A DNA stretch of 64,000 nucleotides from Bilabrum cf. latius (taxonomy: Eukaryota), in the NCBI GenBank assembly GCA_965178125.1, contig OZ237740.1:1116001-1180000 (forward strand), read 5' to 3'. Positions within the stretch are counted from its first letter, which is position 1; each line of letters begins with the position of its first letter. The notes below the pieces were generated by a model that was not told the DNA's origin, did no database searches, and was given only the letters and a program-made list of their open reading frames with translations. Positions 37,281-51,497 of the stretch are shown in pieces. The position numbers and the translations under genes are program-made.

Positions 37281-37569
37281 TTTTGGAGATGTTTTGGTCC
37301 GTAAGTTTTGCGTGCCCGGAAGTAAAAATCGGAAGTCAAATTCAGTTTAGTAGAAACTACACGTTACATGACACCAGCCTGGTGCGCACAAAAGAATCCA
37401 AAAACGATAGTCATATTGATGCAACTGAAACTGGTTCGTAGTAGGAACGTGGGAATGGAATAGCTGCCACAAGGCTTGGCCCGCCGATATTGCTTCTAAG
37501 CGGCTGGCTTGCCATGCCAGCCAGCGGACCAGGCACCCTTAACCTGGTCGTGAGAAGGAGGGCTTCAGA

Positions 37570-38959
37570 TCAGGACGACATCCCCGATGCCGCCCCGCCT
37601 GTGGCTGCTCCCGATCCAGCGCCCGATCCACCCGCACTTGCCCCGACACTGCGCGGCGCCTCCACCCCGAAGCCGGGCACCACCACGACGCCATCAGTCC
37701 CAGCCAGCTCGCCGGGCCTGCACGAGTCCTGCAACCCGCCCGCGTCTGCCCTCCCGAAGAGCTGTTCCATGCACTTCATGATGGACTCCTTGTTGGAGCA
37801 GTCGGTCGCGAACTGCACCCTGCAACCCTCGCTCTTGGTCGACTCGCACCTACACTCCTTGATCTTGCCGTCCACGCCCCGCACGCTTCGCTTGGCGTCA
37901 CACAGGAACCCCAGGGCCCCCTTGCGTCGGACCTGCGGAAACTCCGGGTCCGGATACTCCTCGCCGTCCCGCTTTTTGCATATCCCGCAGAGCACTTGCA
38001 TGTCCAGCAGGTCCCTCCACCCCGTCCTGCGCTTGTCAAACCCACGGCTGCCATCTGCCATGCACGCCTCGGCCTTCTTGAGCCACATCGACTCGGAGTC
38101 GGGGTCTGCAGCTGCCTTTTTCAGGCACTCGGCGCACAGGGGCCGCGGCTGGAACTCGGCCCCGGGCGTGTTGCAGATGGTGCAGTTGCCTTGGACGCAC
38201 CTGCCGATGGGGCCGGCCGGAGGGGGCCACGCCGCGCGCATCACCAGATGCATGCAGGACGACGCGTTGAACCCGACCTCACGCATCGTGGTCTTGTCTC
38301 CTAGCGCGAGTCCTCGGAAGATGACCTGGATGAGGTGCAGCGCAATGCCGCGCTGCTCGCTCAGCGCCTTCTTGAGCTCGCCTACTGTGTGGTCCTTGTG
38401 CACGCTTACGGTGATTGTATGCCCGATATTCGTCTTGATGCCCCCGCGAATGCGCCCGGGAGCCAGAGTAGCGTCCAATGGTGGTGTACTTGATCCCGGT
38501 GTTGCGTCTATGGGGCTCGCCGCAGTCGAGCCTGCCGGATCACCTGAGGCAGCAGTGGACTGGAACGCCTTGCCTTCGTCTCCTACCCCATCCCAAGCTG
38601 GGATTATTCCGTCAGGCCACAGGGGGGATCTATCACGGGCAATCACTACCATTGTCGATATGTTGCCCAGCCGTAGGCTTCGTATGGTCACACTATCATC
38701 CAATTTGTTTTGGTGGTGGACGAACATCATGTCTACATCTCGGCGGAGAGCCCTCTGCGCATTGCAATGGATTATTAACTCAATGATAATCTTGAAGTAT
38801 GAGCACCCAAGAATGGATTTGAGACGCTGGTATCGATCTTGTAGCAACGTACCGTAATTGCCTTTCTCAGTCCCCCAATCGTCCCATCCTTTAAATAAGT
38901 GAAGGTACCCGAGACCGCGCCACCTATCGGATCTTTCAAGGCGATGCTCTAAGTCCCCA
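37570..38959 (-). CDS. Tandem ubiquitin-like domains plus a Cys-rich parkin RING0-like zinc domain (start uncertain)
   Basis: Ubl1 (TIGGLRKAIT|..KLDDSVTIRSL) spans intron 38755-38852. Ubl2 reads HTVGELKKALSEQRGI..VIFRG.LGD. Then CTIC..RPLCAEC..WRDLL..CGIC..FLC. TGA 37570-37572. The ATG may be split by an intron at 38960-39058. Confidence 0.65.
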
Positions 38960-39700
38960 CTGCGGCACACATGTTGCAGGTGTATTTGTGCTGGCGTTCT
39001 GGCGAAAATACGGAACTGGCCGCTACAGGCTGCGCGGCGTTGCACATTGACCACCCACTGCCCTGATGAAGTGGCAAAGCCAAGTACGGTTAGGGCGTTG
39101 ACGCGCCAAGGCAACCAGCCAATTCAAAAATACCACTCTTCCATATGATTTAGGAACATTACAGCAATGCTCATTCCGACCCAAGTCTCTTGGCAGGGCG
39201 ATTCCGGACCGGCGGCTAGAAGAAGTGGTACTTGCGGAGGCAACTTGTACAGCTCGCCGACGAGCTAGCTCGTGCAACTGCATCCAGAGTAATAGTGCGG
39301 GCTGGATCAAGAGCCGTGATTTATGGTGCAAAGAGCATCGCCACAGCCGAGCTGCAGCTTGAGGTGGCAGTGAGGTGCACTGCAAGCAACTGCAAAGATG
39401 ATAGTCTACACTGTGGTACAATTGGCCGTCATCTAGCCGGTGCGAGCGTTGCCTTCTCATGCATGCTCTATTTACTACATCAGCCGCCACCGCCGCCACA
39501 ACCAACATTAAACAAAGAAGATCGCTTCGCAAGGATCGTCCGGAGCAACTAAACTTGCATCGCCTCACCGCCACCACCCAAACAATGGCTAAGACAATTT
39601 CAAGCTCTTGAACCTTTTTCTTTTGTTGATTCAGTTTAAGACAGGCCGAAAAAACCACGGTAAATCCTCGAGCAACCGCTGCCGAGGTGTCACAAGTCAT

Positions 39701-42616
39701 ATGGCTCAAATGGAAGACGACTCCAGAGACAGCAGCGACTTGAAATGCGACGCGATCGCATTTTGTCTTCAGTGCTTATGTTTAGACGCAACCGAACCCG
39801 AGAGAGCGAGTCTCGTGAACTGTGCATCTCCCGAATGGATTCGTGCGCTTGAGTTTAAAACTGGCTGGCCAAGCTATCTGGATTCGGTGGGGAGTTTCTT
39901 AGCACATGCATCAAGACAGAAGGTTCACGACGAGTAGAGCTGCCTTGGGTTGCACGCGCTTGCTTTAGTCTCCATGCTGCGACTGCAAGCTGTCATTGCT
40001 GATGCGTGCACCCGACTAGACTATGCGGTGCATGCAACGTTTGGATTAGACCAGAACAAATCAGGAACGGATTCAGAAACAGCTCACAGCCTAGACATTA
40101 GTGTAGAGCCCGGCTGGTTGTCGATCGTCGTAGCTGAGTCTAGAACCGGAGACCTCATTCGATCGGCAGCAAGGCAGCTGCTCGCAAGGTCACATGCTAG
40201 TGGCCACCACACCCGATCCAGCACCACTTTCAGGCCAGATATCGCATAGGATGCTGACATGCAGGCAAGCCCTAATTAGCCCACGGGAAGCAGCAGCCTC
40301 GCGGACCGCCGCGCGGCTGGACGGAGCGCCCTCGCTCTTTGGCTCGCGAGCTGCGAGGCGCTCGAGCAGGCAGCCATCGGCTCTAACGGCCACGGAAGTG
40401 CCGCACCGACACAAGGCAGCAAACGTACCCCCAGGCATGCCATGCTCGCCGCCGCCCAGGCCCCCGCATTGGCGAGCAGGGGAGAGTGGGATGCATCCAG
40501 GCCTGCACCTGTCGGCTCCATACGGCGGAGGGTCGGCGCACCGCTGCCACTGCCACTGCCACTGGCGGTGGGCTCTTCCGCGGCAGCTTCGGCAGGTCCT
40601 AGCGGTGCCACCGCATCGTCCGCTTCTTCATCGTCATCATCTTCCTCTGCTGGTGCTGGTGCTGGTGCTGGTGCTGGTGCTGGTGCTGGTGCTGGTGCTG
40701 GTGCTGGTGCTGGTGCTGGTGCTGGTGCTGGTGCTGGTGCTGGTGCTGGTGCTGGTGCTGGTGCTGGTGCTGGTGCTGGTGCTGGTGCTGGTGCCGGTGC
40801 TGGTGCTCATAGGGCAGGTTCCTTTGAGTACACCCAGGCCCTGCCTGCCACAGGTGCGAGCCACGGGTCCCGCGGCACTCCGGACAGAGCACATGCTGCT
40901 GTCGGAGGCACCGCTGGCAAGAAGAGAAGCAGCTCTCCCTCGATGGCTGAGCCTGCTGCAGTCGGGGCTAGCGATTGCGTGGAGGCGGGTTCCGATGCGC
41001 GGGCTCGAGAAGCTGATGATGGGGGTAGGAACGTCGATATAAGTGGGGGTGTCGATGGGGAGGAGGTTGGTGCTTCTGCTGGCGCACTGGACGGTGGGGT
41101 GGTGGAGCTAGCTACTGGTGGGGATATCATCCACCTCGGGCTGGTCGCACCCCTGGACCGGCCTTCGGGATTATCGCCACACGGCACTGCCTCAGCCCCG
41201 GTAGACGAGTAGGGGCCAAGAGCCAACGCGGGCAGACCCATGAGGAGCGGGAGGGGGGGTGGTAGGCCGCGGACTAGCCCCAGGGGGGGTGGTAGGCCGC
41301 GGACTAGCCCCAGGGGGGGTGGTAGGCCGCAGACTAGCCCCAGGGGGGGTGGTAGGCCGCAGACTAGCCCCAGGCTGTCCAAGCGGAGACGGACCGGAAA
41401 TGGAGAGGCCGTGGAGGCACAGAAGGAAAGGGGTGCTCCCGTGAGTTCGGATGCAGGGCACGGTGGTGCACCATCAGCCGGTGCCGTGGTCACGCTTGGG
41501 ATGGTGGACCACCTGGTGACCCACGCGGCTGCCGCAAGGGCGCTGGCGAGAGGGGCTAGCTCCGGTCCAGGGCAGGAAGGGGCCTCCCAGGAGGCGTGGA
41601 GCCAGGTTGCGATGGAGGCGATGTCAATGGGCGCTGGATCGGCGCCTGCAGCTCTTGGAGGGTCAAGCCCAGCCAGCGGACTCGACTCTTCACCCAAGGG
41701 CAAATAGGCAGCCAGCAGCCAGCGCACCGGAGTGAGCGGCTCGCAGCCCGCCCTCGCGCACCTGTCTCCGTCCCTGTCCCCCTCTGGCAGGGGGAGGGAT
41801 AACAGCGACGACGGCAACGATGGTACTGAAGGAGCAAGTCCCAATGGCGCTGGTGGCATCTAGGCTGGTCGCAAGCGTCCCAGGGAACAGCGTTAGCTGG
41901 CCAGCGCTCCGGCCGCTGCTCCTCTCGATGCCTCGTAGCCAGGCGATGATTTTGACTCCGAGTTCTGTGCGGGTCGGCTGGGGCCGGTCCTGAGCGTGGA
42001 GCATGCCGCACTGGTGGCCAAGCACGCTCTGGCGCTGCATGAGAGTGACGAGTGCGGGTCGGACGGAGCAGGCCGCGGGCAGGCAAGCAGCCAGGACGGC
42101 GCCGAAGCCGCTTGGGGGGGGCGTGCACGGGGGAGAAGAAGGCGCAATGGAAGCAGCAGTGGTGGCAGCGAGGACAGCGGCGGTGAGGAGCAGCGCGGAG
42201 AGGCCCAGCGCGGTGTTGGGGCCTCCTCGGAGGGACACGAAGTGGGGGGGCGGTTCCGCTGGCTGGATGAGAACGGCGCCGCGCTTTGCCTCGTGGACGC
42301 CTGGGTGTTCGCGATCGAGGGCACGCTGCTGTCGAGGCATGTGGCTGGGCGACGGGTGGCTGCTGGTCGTTGCAACGGGGGGGCACATGGTGTCGGATTG
42401 TCAGGGCCTGCTGGTGGCAAGGCGGGGGGTCTGTCTCCCGGCGAGCTGGATCGGCTGCGGTCCATGGCGGGGCTGATGCAGGCGCAGGTGCCCTTGCTGT
42501 GGGGGCTCGCGGCGGGGCGACTGGGGGTGGAGGTGGAGAGGAGGATGGCGCTTGGGGGTGGAGATGGGGACGGAATTGGAGATGGGGACAGGGGTGATGG
42601 CAGTGTCGAGAAGTGA
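39701..42616 (+). CDS. Hypothetical low-complexity protein (~971 aa)
   Basis: One frame from ATG 39701 to TGA 42614-42616, broken only by 8 TAGs. No family recognised. Confidence 0.65.
40649..40807 (+). repeat. (GCTGGT)n coding microsatellite, ~26 units (Ala-Gly)
   Basis: 24 perfect units, one gccggt variant, then gctggtgct. Confidence 0.97.
41252..41371 (+). repeat. 30-bp coding tandem repeat x4, RGGGRP(R/Q)TSP
   Basis: agggggggtggtaggccgc(g/a)gactagcccc four times, two copies of each variant. Confidence 0.95.
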
Positions 42617-42760
42617 CGTGCTTGAGGTGCCGTGCGCGGAGGAGGGGGGGGGGGGGGGGGTGGCTCCTTGGTTGAGGACCGAGGCACCTGTTCCTCGGGA
42701 GGTAGCACGCAGGGGTAATGGTGCTTGCTTGAATCCATGAATCTGGCCCGTCTGCATTCG

Positions 42761-43435
42761 TCACATCTCGTCCTCCCCGATCTCGTCCTCGGCATCGGCC
42801 GCTGCAGGGGCCGCCGCTACGGGGGCTGCGGCAGGGGCGGCAGCTGCTGGGTCCGCGGCAGAGCCATCCCCAGATCCACCTGCAGCCGCGCCGGCGGCCA
42901 CAGGTGCGGCCGCGGCGGCGGCCGGCGATGGGGCCGCAGCTGCAGGTGCGCCGGCCTCCTCTGGCTTGATGCCCGCTGCTACTTCAGCCAAGATTGCCTT
43001 TGCCTTCGTCAAAGCTTCTGTTCCAGCAACTCCGGCCTCCTCTTCGACATCCTCCACGGTTTCTCGCAGCTATCTTGTGAATTGTTTCAGCCTGCGCTGC
43101 GTGTCAGGTACCATCATCTCGCTTTCGTCGAGCACCTCGCCGTACTTCTTGATGTCGTACTCGTCCGCCCCTTCCATTCTCATCTTCTCGATCTTTGCTC
43201 GATTCTCATCGACTTCCTTGAAATAGCCTCTCAATTCTTTGACAAGCCTGCGAGGAAAACCTGGAGCACGCCGTGCACGGTACGGTTACACTGTGGAGTA
43301 TGCTGCCGGCGACGCCGCCCGGTGGCGGCAGCGATCTCACCGCTCTACAGTTCTTGTCTGGATCACAAGTTTCTTCGTAGGGTCGGCAGCAGCCTTTGTC
43401 TTGCCAAACTTTCTTTTTGGGGCCGCAGATGCCAT
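42761..43435 (-). CDS. TBCA: Tubulin-specific chaperone A
   Basis: KLVIQTRTVER|LVKE..KIEKMR.EGADEYDIKK..EVLDESEMMVPDTQRRL. Intron 43248-43340, TAG 43070, TGA 42761-42763. Confidence 0.92.
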
Positions 43436-43575
43436 GTTTATGCCGGTATGTGGGCGTCTTGAGCCGGGTTCGAAACGGCAAGGCAGCAAAACCCGGAACC
43501 CACAAACCAGAGTTGAGGCGGGATCGAGCGCGCAGTAGGTTCAATAGAATCACTCATTGCACATCATGCATTATA

Positions 43576-45807
<2,232 letters not shown>

Positions 45808-45887
45808 ATTTTGCTTGTACGCAGCTGCCCCGAGTGCCCCGACAATAAACCACATTTCTCCATCCGTCGCAATAATCACTCGCAACA

Positions 45888-47278
45888 ATGGGACGAAAAG
45901 CAACTCCCAGACTATTCGGGCGGGCCTCTGTGGCCATGGAAGACCAGGCTGCGAATGATGGGACGCAGTCTCTAATTCGAGGGCGTCGAGGGGCTGCTGC
46001 ACCCGGCCTTGCGACGGAAGATGCGCACGACGTGGAGAATGGCGGTCGACGTGGGCAAGCTGCAGACGCTACGCCTGCAGCCAGAATTGTAATCACACCA
46101 GTCGATATAGAGTTGGACCAGCAATAGACATATGATTATGTCAGAGATGGTCTGGCGAAAGCGTGGCGCGTCAGTGCTCGGCTGGTCCGTCACCGAACAG
46201 CCATGCCAGTCATTCTGATGCTATTCTCGGCTGGGTTCGCTGGCCTGATAGGCTACATCGGCTTGACGCACGACACTACAGGGGCAATCATTGCAGGATG
46301 TGTCTTGATTGGTAAGCGCTGCTTGCAGTTTAATTGAACGGGCCAGGGCCCGCCGGCCCACGGTCACTCGTACAGCAATCCTATCAATCCTCTCGCCCAA
46401 CAAACCTCGCAGTGTTATTGCTTGCGCTAGTTGCGGTACGAATATATGTTCACTTTGTAGGAGGAGCTGGGGGCAGGTAGCGATACGGGGGCATGGGCGG
46501 GGACGATGTGTTTGACGCGGCCGGCGGACTGGATCTGACCAATCCAGACATTCGGCGGCAGGTGGAGCTGGCGCAGGCCATGGCACGAGGTGGCAGGGGG
46601 GTACCGGGCTTCGGCCCCATGATGGGTCGAATGGACGCGCAGCACATGCAGCTGATGCGGCGCGAGGGCGATTTCCGTCCGGAAGACTACGAGAGGCTGC
46701 TGGCCCTGGACGATGGTGACACGCCTACGCGCAGGCTAAGGGCCGCGAGCGCGATGGAGCTGTCCAGGCTGCCAGTGTTCCGATACAGCCCGCCGGACGC
46801 GGGCCGGGAGAAACCGACGAAGCCGCCGAGCCTTCCCCCTCCTGGCGGGCCCTCGACAAGCGGGACAAGTGCGAGTGGGACAAGTGGGACAAGTGCGAGT
46901 GGGACAAGCGGCGGGGCGGTGGCAGCGAGAGGCGCGCCCAAGTCTTCGTCCTCGCCCTCCTCGTCACTCTCCGCGAGTAGCAAAAGCAATGGCAATAGCA
47001 GAGCCAAGGGCGAGGGCGAGGACGAGTCGAAGGGCAAGTGCATGGTGTGCCTGGAGCACTTCGAGGCGGGCGAGCAGCTCAAGATGCTCCCCTGCCTCCA
47101 CTACTTCCACGAGGACTGCGCGGACAAATGGCTCGTGGAGAAGGCGGTGTGCCCGGTGTGCATGAACTCGATCAGGGGCGAGGAGGAGGAATAGGACGGG
47201 GACACGAGGGCGCTGGAAGCCAGAGGGGCCGCGGCCGCTGCAGTCGGCGGAGCTGCACCCCCCGCGGAAGGCCCGTGA
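45888..47278 (+). CDS. Membrane-anchored RING-H2 E3 ligase (SDIR1-like layout)
   Basis: Two TM segments, DFRPEDYERLLALD, and CMVC..LPCLHYFH..C..W..CPVC. Intron 46312-46412, 3 TAGs, TGA 47276-47278. Alternative start at 45936. Confidence 0.82.
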
Positions 47279-47459
47279 GTTGAAGAGGGACGTAGCACGC
47301 CATGGGTAACGCAGATAAATTTAGTAACCTTGAGATGACACTAGTACTCTGTGCATCCGCTTGATCCGACCCCACGTTCGTGGCCGAGAGGGTGTGACGA
47401 GCTCGCTCCAGACTTCTCTCCGGTGGGCCAGTCAGTCACAAATTCGAGCGCATTTCGCG

Positions 47460-49238
47460 ATGCATCGCGGATTTTCCCGTTGTTTGTCATAGCTAGCATC
47501 CAGATGCATCCGCCAGACCTCAGTATGCTCGCGCACAAACCTCCCTTAGCTTCCTAAGCTTCGGGTACAGTCGCTCCACGCAAGCAAGCCAACGTCTGCC
47601 ATGTCTACGTCAGCCGCGACTTCTGCGGATGCAGAGTCGGCCGAAGTGGTAGCAGACAAGAAGTATTATGATGTGCTAGTGGTTGGCGGCGGCGTTGCTG
47701 GCAGTCTCGTGGCAGCCCTGGCGGGATCGCAGACAAGCCTCCGAGTTGGTATCGTAGATCCGAAGCCTCTGCCGGACTTGAACGCCGTTCGCGAGATGGA
47801 ACAGCCGGATATTAGAGTGTTTGCCATAACACCAACGTCTGCCGGGATAATTGATAAGGCAGGTGCTTGGGAGACGGTGCAAGGCGTCCGGGCGCCTCGT
47901 TTCACCGAGATGCAGGTTTGGGAATCCACCGGCGGAGGCCACGTGCGATGGCAGCAGGATGACTCGCCCGAGGGATACTTGGGTTACATTGCTGAGAATC
48001 GATTGCTGCACGCCGCAATCTCGGACCGGCTGCAGGAGCTGCAGGCGGAGGGCCGAGTGGACGTCCTCCCGCCGGCCAGCCTCTCCAGCCTCAGCCTGCC
48101 GGGGGCGGAGGGCGACGGCAGCACCGCTGCCCCGTTCGCAGAGGTCGAACTGGACAGCGGCGACCAGATCCAAGCGGCCCTGGTGGTGGGCTGCGACGGC
48201 GGCAACTCCCAGGTGCGTCGCCTGGCCGGGGTGGGCACTTGGGGCTTCGACTACGAGCAGCGAGGGGTGGTTGCAACCGTCAAGACGCTGCGCCCGCACT
48301 CCACGGCCTGGCAGCGATTCCTACCCTCGGGTCCCCTGGCCCTGCTGCCCCTGTGGGACGAGTACAGCTCAATCGTGTGGAGCTGTCCCCCCGAGCAAGC
48401 CAAGGAGCTGTCCTCCCTCGAGGGGCCAGAGCTGGCGGATCGGATCAACGCCGCTTTCGCCACCCCGCCCGCGTCCCAGCGACAGCTGGAGGAAGAGGCG
48501 GAGAAGCAGCGGCGGGAACTCGCCCAGCTGCAGCAGATGCTTCAGATGGCCGGGCGGTTCATGGGGCAGGCAGACAACAAGCTGCAGCAGATGGCGAGCA
48601 TGCTCGGGGGCACAGCCGTGCCTGCCTTCCAGCAGCCGCCTACGGTGGACGAAGTGGTGGGCAAAGCGGCGTCCTTCCCCCTGCGGATGCAGGGCTCTGT
48701 GGAGTACGCCCGCCCGCGGCTGGCTCTGGTGGGCGACGCCGCTCACACAGTGCACCCCCTCGCGGGGCAGGGCCTAAACCTGGGCATTGCCGACGCCGAC
48801 AGCCTCGTGCGTGCGCTGGCGCAGGCCCAGAGCGAGGGCGCGGACGTGGGCACCATGGGAGTGCTGGGTGGGTATGACAAGGAGCGGCGCGCGCAGGTGC
48901 AGACGATCCAGTTCCTGCTGGACACGATCAAGCGGATGTTCGCAGCTGGAGGCGGTGACGCTGGGCCGGCCAGCCTGGTGCGATCCATGGGCATGCTCAT
49001 GCTGAACTCGACCAAGCCGATCAAGACAGAGATGGCGCGGCTGGCCATGGGCGGGGGCGACCCCCGGATGGTGGGCAAGCTGCAGGACGCGATGGAGAAG
49101 GCGCAGCAGGGGATGGGCAAGCTCGGGGGGCTGGCCAGCATGCTGGGAGGGGGGCCGGGGGGCAGCCAGCAGGGCGGGGCGGGAGGCCTCGGGGGGCTGC
49201 TCGGCAAGATGGGAGACATGCTGGGCAAACGCAAGTGA
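47460..49238 (+). CDS. COQ6: Ubiquinone biosynthesis FAD monooxygenase COQ6
   Basis: Motifs DVLVVGGGVAG, VGCDGGNS, TAWQRFLPSGPLALLP and GDAAHTVHPLAGQGLNLG. A 47-aa mitochondrial-type presequence appears from ATG 47460 through TAG at 47490 and 47547. TGA stop. Confidence 0.92.
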
Positions 49239-49287
49239 GTGAGTGGTCCGGCTGGCTGACTGCAGCATAGACTGGTGTGTTGGTAGA

Positions 49288-49319
49288 TTGGTTGGTTGGT
49301 TGGTTGGTTGGTTGGTTGG
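49288..49319. repeat. (TTGG)n microsatellite between convergent genes
   Basis: About 8 tandem ttgg units. Confidence 0.9.
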
Positions 49320-49523
49320 CTTGCACGGGCTGCCGAGCGAGGCCTTCATGACCGGATATAATAAACGAAAAAAAGACATGCACTGCACCGGCTCCCCGGG
49401 CTCCCTGACGCACACACATGCATGGATGGACCCAAACAGATCTAGCGGCGTGTCGCCGACCACATTGGCCACCCCTATCGGGCCCCACTCTCTCCTCTCT
49501 CCTCTCTCTCGCCCTCCTCTCCC

Positions 49524-51203
49524 TCACCTCCGTGCTCCCCCTTGGAAGAGGGGCTCATCGTTGCTGGAGGCCTCCCCGCTCACCACGTCCCCCCTCAGCA
49601 CCGCGGGGGCACCTCTCTTGTTCCCTGGCTGTCCCTGCCTGTGCTCCGCCTCGTCGAACCTCTGCACGAACAGATCGGCCACGATCAGACAGGTCCCCTA
49701 CAGCACGTGCAGGCCGAGCAAGATCCAGATCTTCACCCACAGGCCCAGGGAGCCCAGCGAGGCGGACCCGATGCCGATGCCCATCTGCACCGCGAAGCCG
49801 ACGCTCTGCCACATCTTGAGGTTGCCCATGGCCGCCTCGCGGTCCGACTCACGGGGCAGGTAGTGCGATGACTGCAGCGTGGCAGGGACCTGCGACTCCC
49901 ACACGGCATCTCCGATCGCAAACAGCACCGCAGGCCCGAACGCCTGGGCCCATGCCTCCCAGCTGCCCTCCTTGGGGTTGTCCATGCTGAGCAGCACGAG
50001 CATGAGAGCGAAGAAGAGCACGTGGGCTCCCACCGCGATGTAGACGGTGCCCCTGCGGCCCACGATCGCAGCCACGTTGCCCAGGAACCACGAGAAGACC
50101 GCGTTCACGAGGTAGAAGGAAGCGGTCACGTACCCGACGTTCGACTTGGGCAGCAGGTCGCGCGCGGTCCCGTTGGCAGTGTAGAACGAGGCAAAGTCGC
50201 CGAAGAAGAAACCAAGGGACATGCCGTTGTAGAGAATATTGGGGAGCAGCAGCCCCATCCGCGGGTCTGTCATGGCAAGCATGAGTGTCTGCACGAGCCC
50301 GACCTGCTGGGTACCCTCGTCCTTGCCCTGCTGCTGCTGCTGCTTGCGCAGGTTTTCAGGGGAGAATGCGTCGGACATGGGCCCGTCCGGGGCCCCAATC
50401 GAGCCGCCGTCCGAGCCGATGGAACCCACGCGGTTGCCGCCTCCGCGGCGCTGGATGCTGCCGGCCTGGGACGGGGCTGTGGCGGCCGCCGTCCCAGAGC
50501 CCGGCGGGCCGGGGGCGTCCAGGAGAGAAGCTGCCTCGGTGCTTTTGGCGGCGTGCTCGGTCGCCTCTCCCGCGCCGGCAATGTCGGGCAGCAGCAGGAA
50601 GATGAGCACGCCCAGTCCAGCCGCGCATCCCAGGACAATAAACAGAATATCGTTGATTTTGTGCTCGTCGCCCGGGCCGTAGTGCTTGGTGAGGCCCTGC
50701 TGGATAGCGCTCGCAAGCACAGTCCCAGTGAAACCGTTGAACTGAAAGGATCCGAAGAATATGCTATTGTACCGCCCCGTCTCAACCACGTCCGACGTTC
50801 CCCATGAACGGGACTGGAGGATGGCAGAGGCTCCGACAAACATGCCCTGGCCAGTCCACACCAGCCCCGCACCGAGTCCGACCAAAATCCAGAAGGGCAG
50901 AGAGAGTCCCCAGCTTGGCTTCAGGTTGGTGAAAACCAGTGCCACATACGGAATGGCACCGAGGATGACGGCCCACTTGGGGCTCATATACCGCACAATC
51001 GCCGGCGCGAACACGCAAGTCAACGCGAACGTAAAGTACAGCAAACCAATGCATGCGCGGGCCAAATCCTTGTCAAGAAGGGATGTAGCAAGCGCCTAAG
51101 CGGTGTTGTAAGCCATAAATACGCCGAAGAAGCCGACAGAGATTACGATGACGCCCCAGGTGTAGCTTTTGGGCGCATCGGAAGCCTTGCTTGTCTGCGC
51201 CAT
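49524..51203 (-). CDS. UNC-93-like MFS membrane protein (559 aa)
   Basis: FMAYNTA[TAG]ALATSLL, LVGLGAGLVWTGQG, GDAVWESQ and AMGNLKMWQSVGFA, with many TM helices. TAG at 51096 and 49698, TGA 49524-49526. Confidence 0.9.
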
Positions 51204-51497
51204 ACCTTCAAGATCCTACCCGGTCCGGATCGGGAGTGCCAGATTTTGCGCGCGACGCCGCAGTTTGTATTGCTACAAGCAACTGGGGAGGTTTATAGGG
51301 TTGGCTCGGACTGCCTTTTTCAGACGGACAATATGAAGCCTAAAATCATCATGTCTATCCGGATTGGGCGCGTGAAATGTGCTCGCAACAATGACGCGGC
51401 GCGATACGGTTGCGAAGTGCGTGAATGAAACGCCACACGGAGCAACAAGTGCGTTGAGTCCGCCCGCAGCGCAGCAGCGATCGGCTTGCGCGCGCTC

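Noticed and set aside
41252-41371. CRISPR-like 30-bp repeats
   Set aside because: They are head-to-tail without spacers and in frame within a eukaryotic CDS.
42643-42660. Long poly-G tract (another at 63901-63913)
   Set aside because: Simple homopolymers with no supportable function. Their length may be unreliable.
49288-49319. (TTGG)n as an internal telomere-like repeat
   Set aside because: Short, lies in a likely 3' UTR region, and has no other telomeric signal.
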